A DNA stretch of 63,966 nucleotides, the filler included, from Octopus bimaculoides (Eukaryota): assembly GCF_001194135.2 (NCBI RefSeq). It is 6 parts of 6 records of this genome, joined end to end, with 100 filler letters (N's around TTAATTAATTAA, not from the genome) between each part and the next. Parts side by side here need not be neighbours in the genome. Positions count along the whole stretch, not along the records: positions 1 to 27,139 come from NC_068983.1; 5 more parts are not named here. One strand, given 5' to 3'. Made by a program: the position numbers and the translations under genes. Below, piece by piece: positions 12,253 to 24,711 of this stretch. Every line of letters begins with the position of its first letter. Position 1 is the first letter of the stretch. The notes below the pieces were generated by a model. It ran no database searches, was not told where the DNA came from, and saw only the letters and a program-made list of their open reading frames with translations.

Positions 12253-15200
12253 GTGAAGAAAATTTGTCGACAGTACAGTAGTAATTATTTATTGTTTGGA
12301 TTTATTCCCTCTCCTCAAAACTGTCAGTTACCAAAATGCCTTCTTTACCATCAAACATTAACCAACGAAGCAATGAAACCTTCACGCTTGAAGCATCACT
12401 TTGCTGCAAAGCATTCTGACAAGAAGGACAAGCTGTTATCATACTTTTTGCAAGTGAGCTCCTCTATCAAAAAGCAAATACAAACATTCAACACGCTACT
12501 CCAGGAAACTAGTAAACAGGAGAATGGCGGGTTGATTGCATTGCTTGTTGCTAAGTCTGGGAAGCCTCACACAATTGGAGAAACATTACTTCGCGCAGTT
12601 ATCGAAGAGGTTTTGTCAACGTGCACGAAAAACCCAATAACATTATGAAGAAGATCCCACTTAGTAATAATACAATTTCTCGACGCATCGATTAATATTC
12701 TCCAGCGTTCTGAATTTTCTATAGAAGTGGATGAGTCAACTGTTGTGGACAATCAATGCTTGATTAGTATATGTTCGGTATTTCAGCGAAGACCTTCGTC
12801 CTTGTGAGGAAATACTGTTCACAGAGAAATTGCCGCTTGATTCGAAAGGTGTGTAGTGACACCTTTGATAGCAGACATTTCTGGAAAGCTTATCCACGCA
12901 TGCGCAGGGACTAGTTCCGGAAGGAACACAGGAAGAGTCTCATGCGCATGCGTAGTCATCGATATCCAAGCTTCGCGCCCTTATTCATTCTCTTTCTCGC
13001 TGGCCGACGAAGAGCCAAGACATTGTAGCAGTCTCTCTCCAACATTCCAACTCTGGAGCTAGACAAATAACCACTCAACATCATTGACGGCATCTCAGCA
13101 ACCAAAGGGCGAAGTGCTGCCTATTTCCTCTGTAAATAAATATTGTTGTGTTGATAGTTCAGAATCTGCGTTCCGTTGTTTCTTCAAGAAATTTAATGTA
13201 CGGAAGCAGGTATATACCTAATGGTGTATAACCACTTTCCTACAATTGGTGACCCCGACTCAAGAACAAACGCAGCCAGGAGAATTCCTACAATTGGTGA
13301 CCCCGAATAAAGAACGACTGCAGCCGGGATTCTGATCTACCGACCGATAATACTACACGAGCCGTCACCACTCAACATGCTCGTCACAGATAGAGAATGC
13401 ACACAATCACTCGCATCAGCTTATTCCACAGCTGCAGGACTTTCTCTTGGTCATCACACGGTACTTCCCTACAATTGGTGACCCCGAGTAAGAACAACAG
13501 CAGCTGAAAGTCTGAACTACCGACCGATAATACTACACAAGCCGTCATCTGTCTCTCAACATGCTCGTCACAGATAGAGTATGCACACAATCACTCGCAT
13601 CAGCTTATTCCACAGCTGCAGGACTTTCTCTTGGTCATCACACGGTACTTCCCTACAATTGGTGACCTCGAATGAAGAACGATTGCAGCCGAAAATCTGA
13701 ACTGCGACCAATAATACTACAATTGGTACCCCGAGCTAAAAGATCTACAGACCTCGTTTTCAACAGCCATTGAATTCGTATGTTTCGCGACGTCCAACTT
13801 CAGGATTGCCTCTACATTCTCATCCATCACAAGTGAAAAGCTAAGAAAATTTTTTCGACGGTAAAGTTTTTCATTTNNNNNNNNNNNNNNNNNNNNNNNN
13901 NNNNNNNNNNNNNNNNNNNNNNNNNNNNNNNNNNNNNNNNNNNNNNNNNNNNNNNNNNNNNNNNNNNNNNNNNNNNNNNNNNNNNNNNNNNNNNNNNNNN
14001 NNNNNNNNNNNNNNNNNNNNNNNNNNNNNNNNNNNNNNNNNNNNNNNNNNNNNNNNNNNNNNNNNNNNNNNNNNNNNNNNNNNNNNNNNNNNNNNNNNNN
14101 NNNNNNNNNNNNNNNNNNNNNNNNNNNNNNNNNNNNNNNNNNNNNNNNNNNNNNNNNNNNNNNNNNNNNNNNNNNNNNNNNNNNNNNNNNNNNNNNNNNN
14201 NNNNNNNNNNNNNNNNNNNNNNNNNNNNNNNNNNNNNNNNNNNNNNNNNNNNNNNNNNNNNNNNNNNNNNNNNNNNNNNNNNNNNNNNNNNNNNNNNNNN
14301 NNNNNNNNNNNNNNNNNNNNNNNNNNNNNNNNNNNNNNNNNNNNNNNNNNNNNNNNNNNNNNNNNNNNNNNNNNNNNNNNNNNNNNNNNNNNNNNNNNNN
14401 NNNNNNNNNNNNNNNNNNNNNNNNNNNNNNNNNNNNNNNNNNNNNNNNNNNNNNNNNNNNNNNNNNNNNNNNNNNNNNNNNNNNNNNNNNNNNNNNNNNN
14501 NNNNNNNNNNNNNNNNNNNNNNNNNNNNNNNNNNNNNNNNNNNNNNNNNNNNNNNNNNNNNNNNNNNNNNNNNNNNNNNNNNNNNNNNNNNNNNNNNNNN
14601 NNNNNNNNNNNNNNNNNNNNNNNNNNNNNNNNNNNNNNNNNNNNNNNNNNNNNNNNNNNNNNNNNNNNNNNNNNNNNNNNNNNNNNNNNNNNNNNNNNNN
14701 NNNNNNNNNNNNNNNNNNNNNNNNNNNNNNNNNNNNNNNNNNNNNNNNNNNNNNNNNNNNNNNNNNNNNNNNNNNNNNNNNNNNNNNNNNNNNNNNNNNN
14801 NNNNNNNNNNNNNNNNNNNNNNNNNNNNNNNNNNNNNNNNNNNNNNNNNNNGAACACAGCTACAGCCAGTTTCCAGCGACAACATCAACAACCACTACGA
14901 ACTACAAGCATCGCCCCCGACGTCGCCAGCAGCAATACGACTCTACATACTACCAGCATCGCCAACACGTCTTCTACACGTACACAAGCAACCAACATCA
15001 ACAAGCGCGGTTTTATCTCGACCCTATTAGAGTGGATGTTTCCACTCATGATCAACAGACCAAAACTAACCAGCCAGAATATTCCGTACCAGGTAACACA
15101 GGTCCCAGCATCCGACGCTCAACTACAGCTCTGATCCTTGACCACAACTTCCTGTGTATGAACATTCTATCTCCTTGTGGAATTTTAATACGAACTGGTT

Positions 15201-16802
15201 TTCTCTATCTCAGTGTTTTAAGACTTTTCACAGTTTATACTACAGACACTTTTACTATGTTCTGTGTTTTCTCTCACACACACACTTGTGCACTCATATA
15301 TTTTCTTTCCTTTCAGAAAAAAACAAAAAATCAGACTTTTACATCGCATGATTCCAGTTTCCTGGACAGTTGTCATCACGGTTGTTTTGTCATTGTCAAT
15401 TCATTTGTACATTGCATGCATGTATTTCACAAGTGTACATTCAATTCTTTGATTTTTCTTTGTGTGTATTTGTGCCACATCTTGTGGGTGGTTTCGGTGG
15501 CCATCTTGCCTCAGGCGTTCCTCCAAAATTTCTATTTTTCATGCTTTCGGCACTCGCGGGGGAGCCATGTAGTGACGCCTTTGATAGCAGANNNNNNNNN
15601 NTGATAGTTCAGAATCTGCGTTCCGTTGTTTCTTCAAAAAATTTAATGTACAGAAGCGGGTATATACCTAATGCTGTATAACCACTTTCCTACAAGTGCG
15701 ACTATTTTTCACACTCTCGAGCCTTTCCTTTTTGAACATAATATCCCACTCAGTAATATTCTTGCCTGTGCGTCTGATGGAGCTCCTTCGATGATAGGAA
15801 GATACAGAGGTTTTTCATCTTTCCTAAAGCGTGAAATTTCCCACCAGATACTAACTATTCATTGCTTGGCACACCTGCAGCATTTAGTGGGACAAAATAT
15901 GAACGATAGATTGAATGATGCGCTACAGTTAGTTATCAAGACTGCGAACAAATTGAAGTCCAGTCTCTTGTCTGATCGAATTTTCGGTCAACTCTGTCTG
16001 AGAAATGATGAGGACCACACTAAACTCTTATACCATACTGAAGTGCGGTGGCTGTCAAAAGGAAACTGTTTTATGCTTTGTTGAACTGTTTCATATAGTT
16101 ATATCATTCTTTGAAGATACTCCACTATCCGCTTCATTGATGGCTGCAAGATGCGATATCTTTTTTCTTTGTGATATATTCACAAAATTAAATAAGTTAT
16201 TGCAAGGAAAGAGAAAAACTCCCGCTGATTGTAAATCATTTATAAGTACTTTCATTTCATAATTAGTTTTGTACAAGACTAACATTTCAAAACGTCAATT
16301 CCATCAATTTCCACAACTTGATTCTTTGAAAGATGAATTGGTTGATGAGGATTTAACTGCATATCGCAACTATTTACAATCATTGCACGATAACATGGTG
16401 GAGCGATTTCAAGATGTTATTGCGCTGAATATTCCAAATTGGTATAGCAATCCGTTTGAGGTCGATGCAGTCGATTGCGAGGATGATCAGGAGGAATTGA
16501 TAGAATTACAAAATGACAATGACGCCACAATGCGATATCGTCGTAATGGCAAAGAAGGTTTGTGGTACCATCAGAATATATTGGATTCCTACCCCAGTCT
16601 GTGGAAACATCTGAAATTACTTTTGCTTGCCTTCCCTACCTCATACCTGGTTGAATCTGGTTTTAACCATGTTGGAACTTTACTTTCCCAAAAAGGAATT
16701 GGACTCGTGTTACAATGAGGAGACTTGCGACTAAAGTCGCCAAGTTTGGAACCGAACGTATCTGCACCAGCTGCATCGCACCAGTCACATGGTTCTCATT
16801 AA
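12253..16802 (+). pseudogene. Degenerate Buster-type hAT transposase
   Basis: Fragments KKICRQYSSNYLLFGFIP, NEAMKPSRLKHH, CASDGAPSMIG, IHCLAH, LLYHTEVRWLSKG and LLLAFPTSYLVESGF; stops, frameshifts and the 12852-15694 insertion. Confidence 0.9.
12852..15694 (+). mobile_element. Non-autonomous Gypsy-type LTR retrotransposon (5' LTR 12852-13244; 3' LTR 15573-15694, gapped)
   Basis: TGTAGTG...CCTACA LTRs nearly identical where both are sequenced; PBS TGGTGACCCCGAC (tRNA-Trp 3' end); purine tract GCGGGGGAGCCA before the 3' LTR; 4-bp TSD ggtg/agtg whose removal restores the transposase frame DSKGATIF. Confidence 0.88.
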
Positions 16803-17450
16803 AAAGTTTTATTCTTTTCCTTTATAATACAATCATTAATTACTTTTGCATCGGTAGTTCTGATCAGTGGTTCATTTGGGGAAAATGAAAATTGGTATAA
16901 AAGAAAGCGCAAGTTTCCAGAAGTTAATCTGTCTGCATAATATAGAGCTAACATTAGAATTTTATTGACACTAATAGCAAAACTAAACCCACAATGAGGG
17001 ATTTGTAAACAACCGCATATTTAGTCCAAATGGCACTAACAGAACAACGAATCTACGATATAGTGTGTGTGTCAAATGATCCAGGGGGGGGGGGGTCCTG
17101 GAGGGTTTTTTTTACGTAGGTGGGCGATGGAGCAGATTTTGGCTGATAGGTGGGCTATATTGCAATTTGGTGCGAAAGGTTTGGGAAACACCTTTGTAAT
17201 ATATGTACATGCTTACACACATTTCATCATTATCTTTCAATACTCGTATGGACTGGGGAACAATACCTTGTATGTTTTGTTTTGACATGGTTTCTATAGT
17301 TGGCTGCCCTTCCTATCATCAGTCACTTCCCAAAGTGTACTTGATGCATTTGATCATAACAAAAGCACTAGTGAGGTTACCTTGCACCCAACAAGATAAG
17401 AGACCTCACTACTCTATGTTGCATGTTACTACCATTCATTCTGGGCAATG

Positions 17451-17494
<44 letters not shown>

Positions 17495-19473
17495 ACACAC
17501 ACACACACACACACAAACTTCAGTTGGAAATTTTTGAATGAAAAATTAGCCAAAATGATATGCCAAGAAAGTCGAGGGCTGTATGTAGATATTACTGCAG
17601 ATATGCAGAATTCATAGTTCAGGTCAATAATTAGCCACAATAACTGGATGTTAACTTCATTGATAGGTCGTTAATGTGGTTTTAGTTGTAAGAAAGCTTC
17701 GTTGAGCGTCACTGATGTTGCTGGTTGATTGTAGACATGTGAAACTGAGTGTGAACGATATAAACAGAACCAAGCAAACATTTAATTGTAACTTTTATTT
17801 CACCACACATGTAATATTATGGCTGGTCATGAATTATAAAGTTCCCCAACAAAATTGAAGGAATAATTCAGTGGTGTTCATAAATAGTTGATCACAAAAG
17901 CTCTGTACTGACATTAGTCAAGACAGTAGATTAATTTCAGCTGACTAAATTGATATATCCAAACTGTGCTGACAGTCATGAAAATGACTATTATAAAAAC
18001 AGAGTGTATGCAGCAAGTTTACAGGTTACCATGCATTCTGAAAATTGGCACTAAAAACAAGCCTTTATATCAATCCTTGTAGGGAAATGTTCCAGAAGGA
18101 TCAAGATTGATCGATTATGTGAAGTTAGGCTGCTGAGTGGCCAATAGCTCAGCCTTTCACATGAACAAGCTATTGTTATGTCATGACTTTAACTTCCTAA
18201 TTTGACTTGGTTTCAAATCTTACAACAAAACCTTAAAATCTTTAGGTCAACTTAACTTTCATTCCTTCTGAGATTGATAAAATACCTAAATACAGTTGGG
18301 TGTAATTAATTAAACCTCTTCAATAAAAATCTCCTGGTTCCAAGTCAAATGCAGTCATATTCCTTCTTGATAGCTTTCAGAATATTTTATTTTGATATTT
18401 AGAAATCTGTTTCCCAGAGAAAAGTCACATTAAAACCTAAGCCTCAAATCCTGCTTGTACAACCATTCTCTCACTTCTAATTCTTTCTATTTTTTTAACA
18501 TCTTTACAGAAATATAAGGTCAATCTGGGTAATACTTCCTTTTTTTCACTGTGACAATAAGTGAATGAGAGATAAAACCTGCTGAGTGTCTACTTCAGTA
18601 GATAATTTCCCAGAAGTTCTTGTCAGTGTATATTTGTATAAGAATATATTATACCATAATCATTGACATAATTTAATGTCCACTTTTCCATGCTTTCATG
18701 AGTCACATGGAATTTGATGAGGTAGATTTATGGCCAGATGCCCTTCCTGTCACCAACCCTCATGTTTTCAAGCAAGGTAATATTATTCCATAGCTAGACA
18801 GGTTTTTCATAAAAGACTAGAAATGAAAAACCTTACTTGTATGACAAAGATGCTCATTTACAACTATCACATAATGTTTAGACAAGGATACACACACACA
18901 CGTGTGCATATGTGTGTGTACACACGCATACATATATACAAATACATGACAGACTTCTTTCAGCTTCAATGTACCAGATCCACTAACAAGGCTTTAGTTG
19001 GGAATGGGGTTATAGTAGAAGACACTTGCCCAACATGACACTCAGTGGAACTGAAATCAACACCATATGGTTGGCAAGCATATAGAACTGTGTTAGTAAA
19101 CTCTGTAAAGTAAGTGTACAAAATACAAATAATACAAAATTATTTTAAATATTCATTTATTTCCATTTTTAGAACCTTTTTTAACCTGAAGATTTTTTAA
19201 TATATTGCAAATTTCTTTTACCTACATAAGGTAGGCAGTTTATATATATATATANNNNNNNNNNNNNNNNNNNNNNNNNNNNNNNNNNNNNNNNNNNNNN
19301 NNNNNNNNNNNNNNNNNNNNNNNNNNNNNNNNNNNNNNNNNNNNNNNNNNNNNNNNNNNNNNNNNNNNNNNNNNNNNNNNNNNNNNNNNNNTATATAAAT
19401 ACATATATATATATATATACATATATACATATATATATACATACATATATACATACATATATACATATATATA

Positions 19474-19521
<48 letters not shown>

Positions 19522-22500
19522 TATACATTATATTATATATATATGTATATTATATACAATACATATATGTATTATATTATATATATTACATATATGTTAT
19601 ATACATGTATATACATATACATTATTGTTGATACATTACATTATATATATACATTATTGATACATTATACATATATATGCATATACATGCACGTGCATGT
19701 GTGTGTGTGTGTTTATATGTACCTGTATGAAATGTATGTATATGACATGGAACATATACAAACTGTACATTTGTTTGTCTATGCCCCTATATGTATAAGT
19801 ACACATATGCATATACAAGTTTATCAGTATGATAGAGAGTCAGTTTTGTTAAAAATTAATTATTGTATCTTCTGACGTCTATAAACGCATCCATATGTGT
19901 AATGTGATGCAACACGTGTTGTGTGTGTGTGTGTGTGTATATATGTGTGTATAAACGCATGTAATTCATAAAAACAAAGACGCATAAAAATAAATCCATC
20001 CACTGTAATATTCAAGAAAGTCAAGTCCTTGAAAATAAGTTTTTTTCCCCTTCTTCAAAATTTTAGTAGGAATCATTAGTCAGGAAGACATATTGCAAAT
20101 GTGTTAGAGGAAGGGAAAAAAAATGTAACATAACAGAACATTGTTAAAAAAATTCAGTCAAAGAGCTGTTTTGTTTTTGTCTTGTTACTGAAAAGTTGAA
20201 TTTTTTTGAACCTCATGTAGTAGAGGAAAAGTAGCTTGGTTAAGTAACCATGTAGTTTGAACTCTTCTTCATCACACTAGAAATAAGCATTAAATTTTGT
20301 TTTCAAATTGAAATATAATAGAAATCACAGAATCAACAAATGGTTACTGACTGTAAGGTTCAATAAAATCCTTTACAATATTCATAAATAGTTTTTCAAT
20401 GTGTAACCAATAACCAAAAGAGGCTGCCAAGTCAAGAACAGATTTGATGAACAATGTGGAAAATACATTAAATTTCAAATGCCTTTCTTATGTAAAGGCT
20501 GCAATACAAAACAAATTTACAGGGTTTGCCTATATGCCAAACATGTAGATAAAGTAAAAAAAATCCAGGTATCTGGCTGAATAGCTTCTGTGTTGATACT
20601 AAAATTGTAACAGAAGCAATCATAACATTAATATGAGAAAGTGTTGATGTGGAGGAGAGGAGACATTGAGAACAAGCAGAATAGAGAAGTAAATTTCATT
20701 AGGTAAACCCTGAATACTAATGTCCCAAATGCTGATATGCTAAACAATAATAATTCAAATGATGTTATGGTAAATGAAAATTGGCAAATATAAGTATTAA
20801 TCTATTGGTATTTCAAATGGATGCACTATATTCCTTCTTGTTTTTAACAAAGATACAAAGCCAGAAATTTCATAGACAAGGATTGCTCAATTAGCCCTAC
20901 AACTTGACATGCAAGGGATTGAATTTGAGAATGTGTGGAAACATGCTCTTGCATCTTGGCAAGATCAATTTAGGCACCTATGCGGTTTTTAGCTATGTAC
21001 TGTTATGTTTGAGTTCAGATCTAATCTATGGTTGTCTTTACTTAATAAAATCAACTATTTCCTTTCTACAAAATGTGTGACAACATTGTGTCAAAGTTTT
21101 AAAAGGTCATCATCATCATTATAATTATTATTATTACTGAATGAAAAAGCAGTGCATACCATCAAAGCTGGGGTACAAATATATGAAGCCCAATATACCC
21201 ATCATGATTACCTGTCTGATAAGGGTACACCAGGCACATGCATCACAATCATATGTGCATGACATGGTGACCTCATATCAAGCTAAACAGTGCATGAGCT
21301 TGCAGATGGGATCAAATTAGAATTTTCTTGAGGTCAAGTAGCCCACCCACCTTAAAAGGTCTTTGAATGAAGATTGTTTAACAATGACAAATGAAACAAC
21401 CATGTTTCCAAAGGAGAATTATTCAATCCCCAACAGATTCCTCTCAACATATGGCTATGATGTTCCCCAATTATTCCTGCTCATGATCAGAGATGCACAT
21501 ATCATCACCCACTAAGGGACATGCTCAGCTGGTTAAGATCTGTGGTATTGAGCAAAATATTTGCTGTAGCCCTTTTTTTACACCAAGACTAAACGGGTAT
21601 AAATAACACTTCCAATTATTATTATTATAACTAAAACATGTTGGATTGGCTGAATAATGAACTCAGACTAAATGCCTTATAGTATTTATTTCAGTTCTTT
21701 ACATTCTGATTTAAAATTCTGCTGAGCTCAATTTTGCCTTTCATCAGTATTAAAGTCAATAAAATAAAGTACCAGTTAAGTACTGGGGTGAATTTAATTG
21801 ACCAACCCCCTATCCATCCAAATTTCTGGCCTTATGCTTATGCTAGAAGCAAGTCATATGATTGGTTTGCAAATTTTTCAAAAGAAAAATTTTATACATA
21901 AACATTTTTTTTATTGAAAAAAAAAAAAAATTAATAAAAATAAACATTTTAGATGCCACAAATGGATGCAAAAATAGACTTTTGTTTGCATTTCATAAAT
22001 AAAACTTGCTAGCTTCATTAGATGTCTCCAAGTTAGTAAATAGTGACTTGTAAATATCAGCTTCCACTTGATTAATTGTTTCTATACATTTTGGGGGTAA
22101 AGATTAAATTGGCAAGTATTTTAAAATCTACAGTAAAATTATGTAATCTTAGAGTTAAAATAGAGAGAAGATTCAATCTCTGAAGAAGTCATTTTATGAT
22201 ACTGTTATGCAAAGGAATATAAAGTTTAAATTGTATGAAACTGCTTTACTTAAAACAATTTTCAATTAACCCAGTGTACAGTAGAATAGGTGTGTTGTAA
22301 AGATATTAGCAGCTTTAGATAATGGCATTTCAAGATATCTGCAATTAGCAAATATGCAGGTAAATTATCTCAAAGTAATAGAGAATGGAGTGGAATCAAG
22401 TGTGACAAAATGGTAACTATGATGAAGGAGTTCTTTTCAGCAGTTGAAACATGGTTACACTGAATACTTTAACAATGAACTGATAGATGTTAGGTGAGAT

Positions 22501-22639
22501 CTTTAATTTCATTCTGTGATGAACATTTTGCAGACAATAAGAGCTAAAGCAGTTGTTGTTAGAGATAGATAGACATTTAGAAAGACAGTTTAAAAGAGAG
22601 GGAGATAGAACAGGGGGGGAGGGGGCGATGGTGACATCT

Positions 22640-22738
22640 TCACAGAGAGTCCTGTAATCCAACAGCTTGTTCAATCTGTTCCAAATAGACACTCTTCACA
22701 GGAAGGAAATACCTTAATTCAACAGGAATGTTGTTACA
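22640..22738 (-). CDS. EDEM1: EDEM1 terminal coding exon
   Basis: Acceptor ttcttgtttcAG; CNNIPVELRYFLPVKSVYLEQIEQAVGLQDSL-stop resembles the human EDEM1 C-terminus [29 protein letters not shown], which distinguishes it from EDEM2/3. Confidence 0.92.
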   Translation of the reverse strand, partial: CNNIPVELRYFLPVKSVYLEQIEQAVGLQDSL

Positions 22739-23657
22739 CTGAAACAAGAATATAAAACATAAAAAAAGTCAGAATATTTTTATACACAAAAATATACTTA
22801 TAAACATATTATACACATTTATGTATACATAAGGGAATGCTCAAAGTGAGAAAATATCTGACTGGGAATCCTTGCCCTCGTAACAATATATGCACTGGCC
22901 AATGCACCAATTGCTGTGATGTGTTTATGGGTTTATGTGCAGTACTACAGAGAGAGAGTGGGGGGGGGGAGAAAAATACACTCATTTACATATGTCTAAG
23001 TCTATTAGTATATCACAGTGGTGATTAAAACTTATCCTACTTATAAAGGTGTACTTTAATGTACATTTGAAAGTAATATACACTCTTTATAATCGTCATT
23101 GCTATTTAACATCCCTGTTCCATGCAGGCATGAGTTGGACAGTTTAATAGGATCTGATGAGTTGGAGGACTACATCATGCTCCAATATCTGCTTTGGTTT
23201 GGTTTCTATGGTTAGATGCCCTTCCTAACACCATCCACTTTATAGTGTGTACTGGGTGCACCAATAATTAAAGGCAGTGAACTGGCAGAGTTGTTAGGGT
23301 ATCACACAATGCTTTACAGTATTTGTTCTCTCTACACTCTGTAAGATAGGTGTCCATCTAGTCGTTTCGCTTTGAGGACTATTCAACCATTGTAGAATCA
23401 GTGTCATGAGAAAATGTATCTAGTATACTCTGTAGAGCATTATGAGGGGTATACCCAGTTATATGTATGAGCACCTAGGCCTTGGGGGCAGTAGCTCCCA
23501 ATAGAAAGTGACTTGGAGCATGAAGAACTGTCTAACCCATGCTAACATGGAAAGCAGACATAAAAATGATGATGATATCTCTAACTGTGAAAATAGGTCT
23601 CCTGAGAGCCTTTTTGACAGTTTGTGATGAAAATCAAACCAAATGGTTTCATTATTA

Positions 23658-24307
23658 CAAAAGGAAGTAAAAAATTATCCACACTTTCACCATAACATAT
23701 CTTTATTATTGTCACTGTGTTCTGCGCATGCGTGCTTATAGCTGGTACTATTGTGGTTACGTGATCGAAGTTTGAACCTGATCGTGCCATTTTTCTTTCT
23801 GGATTTACAGTGTAAGCATGGCCACTCCACTAGCAATGTGCATCAAAGAAGAACAAAGAACAGTGATCCGAGAGATGGTAATGGCGAGCCGGTTCATCAT
23901 TACCATCTCTCGAGCAGGCTGAATCTTTTTGTCAGTGGTGGAGGTTGACAGACGTCCTGCTCCCACTTCGTGCATCATGCTTGTTGGCCACTTTTAAACT
24001 TCTTGATCTACTCACACATTTCTAAGCAGTACTGCACTGTCCCCATATTGTGCTAAATGAATTTCAGCACCTGACACACCTTCTGACCAAAGAAATCAGA
24101 TCATTGCTCTTTGTTCTTTGGTGCCCATTGCTAGTGGAGCAGTCATGCTTACACTGTAAAGCCAGAAATAAAAATGGGGCAACCAGGCTCAAACATTGAT
24201 CACATGACCAAAATAGTACCGACTATAAGCACGCATGCACAGAAGGCAGTGTGATAATAATAAAGATATGTTATGGTGAAAGTACGGATAATTTTTAACT
24301 TTCCTTG
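23658..24307. mobile_element. Fold-back mariner derivative (MITE-like)
   Basis: About 210-bp inverted arms (23658-23868 and 24099-24307), both containing the transposase start (MATPLAMCIKEEQRTVI on plus); the minus arm continues into HTH coding sequence. Confidence 0.85.
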
Positions 24308-24531
24308 CATTTACTAAAATATCAGGATTCATTCCCCTCTTCTTCCCAAACTACTGGGTGATAATAACTAGAGGCTACCTATTAAATGTTAACAAAAATT
24401 GTGAATCTCACAGCTCATTTACATAATGGTACAAGGTTGATGACCATAATACACTTACCTATACATACATGCACATTCATGATATAAATGATACAACAAA
24501 TACTAACAAAAACAAAAACAAATGAACTCAC

Positions 24532-24711
24532 CTGAGAGTGGTTTTTAGGGACTGGATCTACAACTGAAACTGAAGGTTTTAAACGTGTATGTTGTGGGTA
24601 ATCTTTGTATTTTTTAGTCCTGAATCTACTGTTGATAGGGAAAACATGGCCTTCTGTACTGAATATATAGTTGATGGCTTCTTTATTGAGATGGTTGTCT
24701 TTATCAAATAA
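24532..24711 (-). CDS. EDEM1: EDEM1 penultimate coding exon
   Basis: Bounded by tttttctgtcAG and GTgagt; 180 nt, phase 0, LFDKDNHLNKEAINYIFSTEGHVFPINSRFRTKKYKDYPQHTRLKPSVSVVDPVPKNHSQ; continues the EDEM1 LFDEDN...YMFTTEGH motif in frame. Confidence 0.93.

Larger units (their letters stand above)
11488..17193 (+). mobile_element. hAT (Buster/Charlie/SPIN-like) DNA transposon, interrupted by an LTR element
   Basis: Degenerate TIRs catagcttcccaaa / tttgggaaacacct; 8-bp TSD gtgtaata / ttgtaata with the central TA typical of Buster; transposase remnants inside. Confidence 0.88.

Noticed and set aside
13237-13734. The repeat array as a CRISPR array or retrozyme
   Set aside because: Eukaryotic context; intervening units repeat each other instead of being unique spacers; no hammerhead core found on either strand.
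13827-14891. Long ORFs spanning N runs (also 9028-9562, 34743-35443, 40066-40609, 52170-53399, 56494-56970)
   Set aside because: The length comes from untranslatable Ns.
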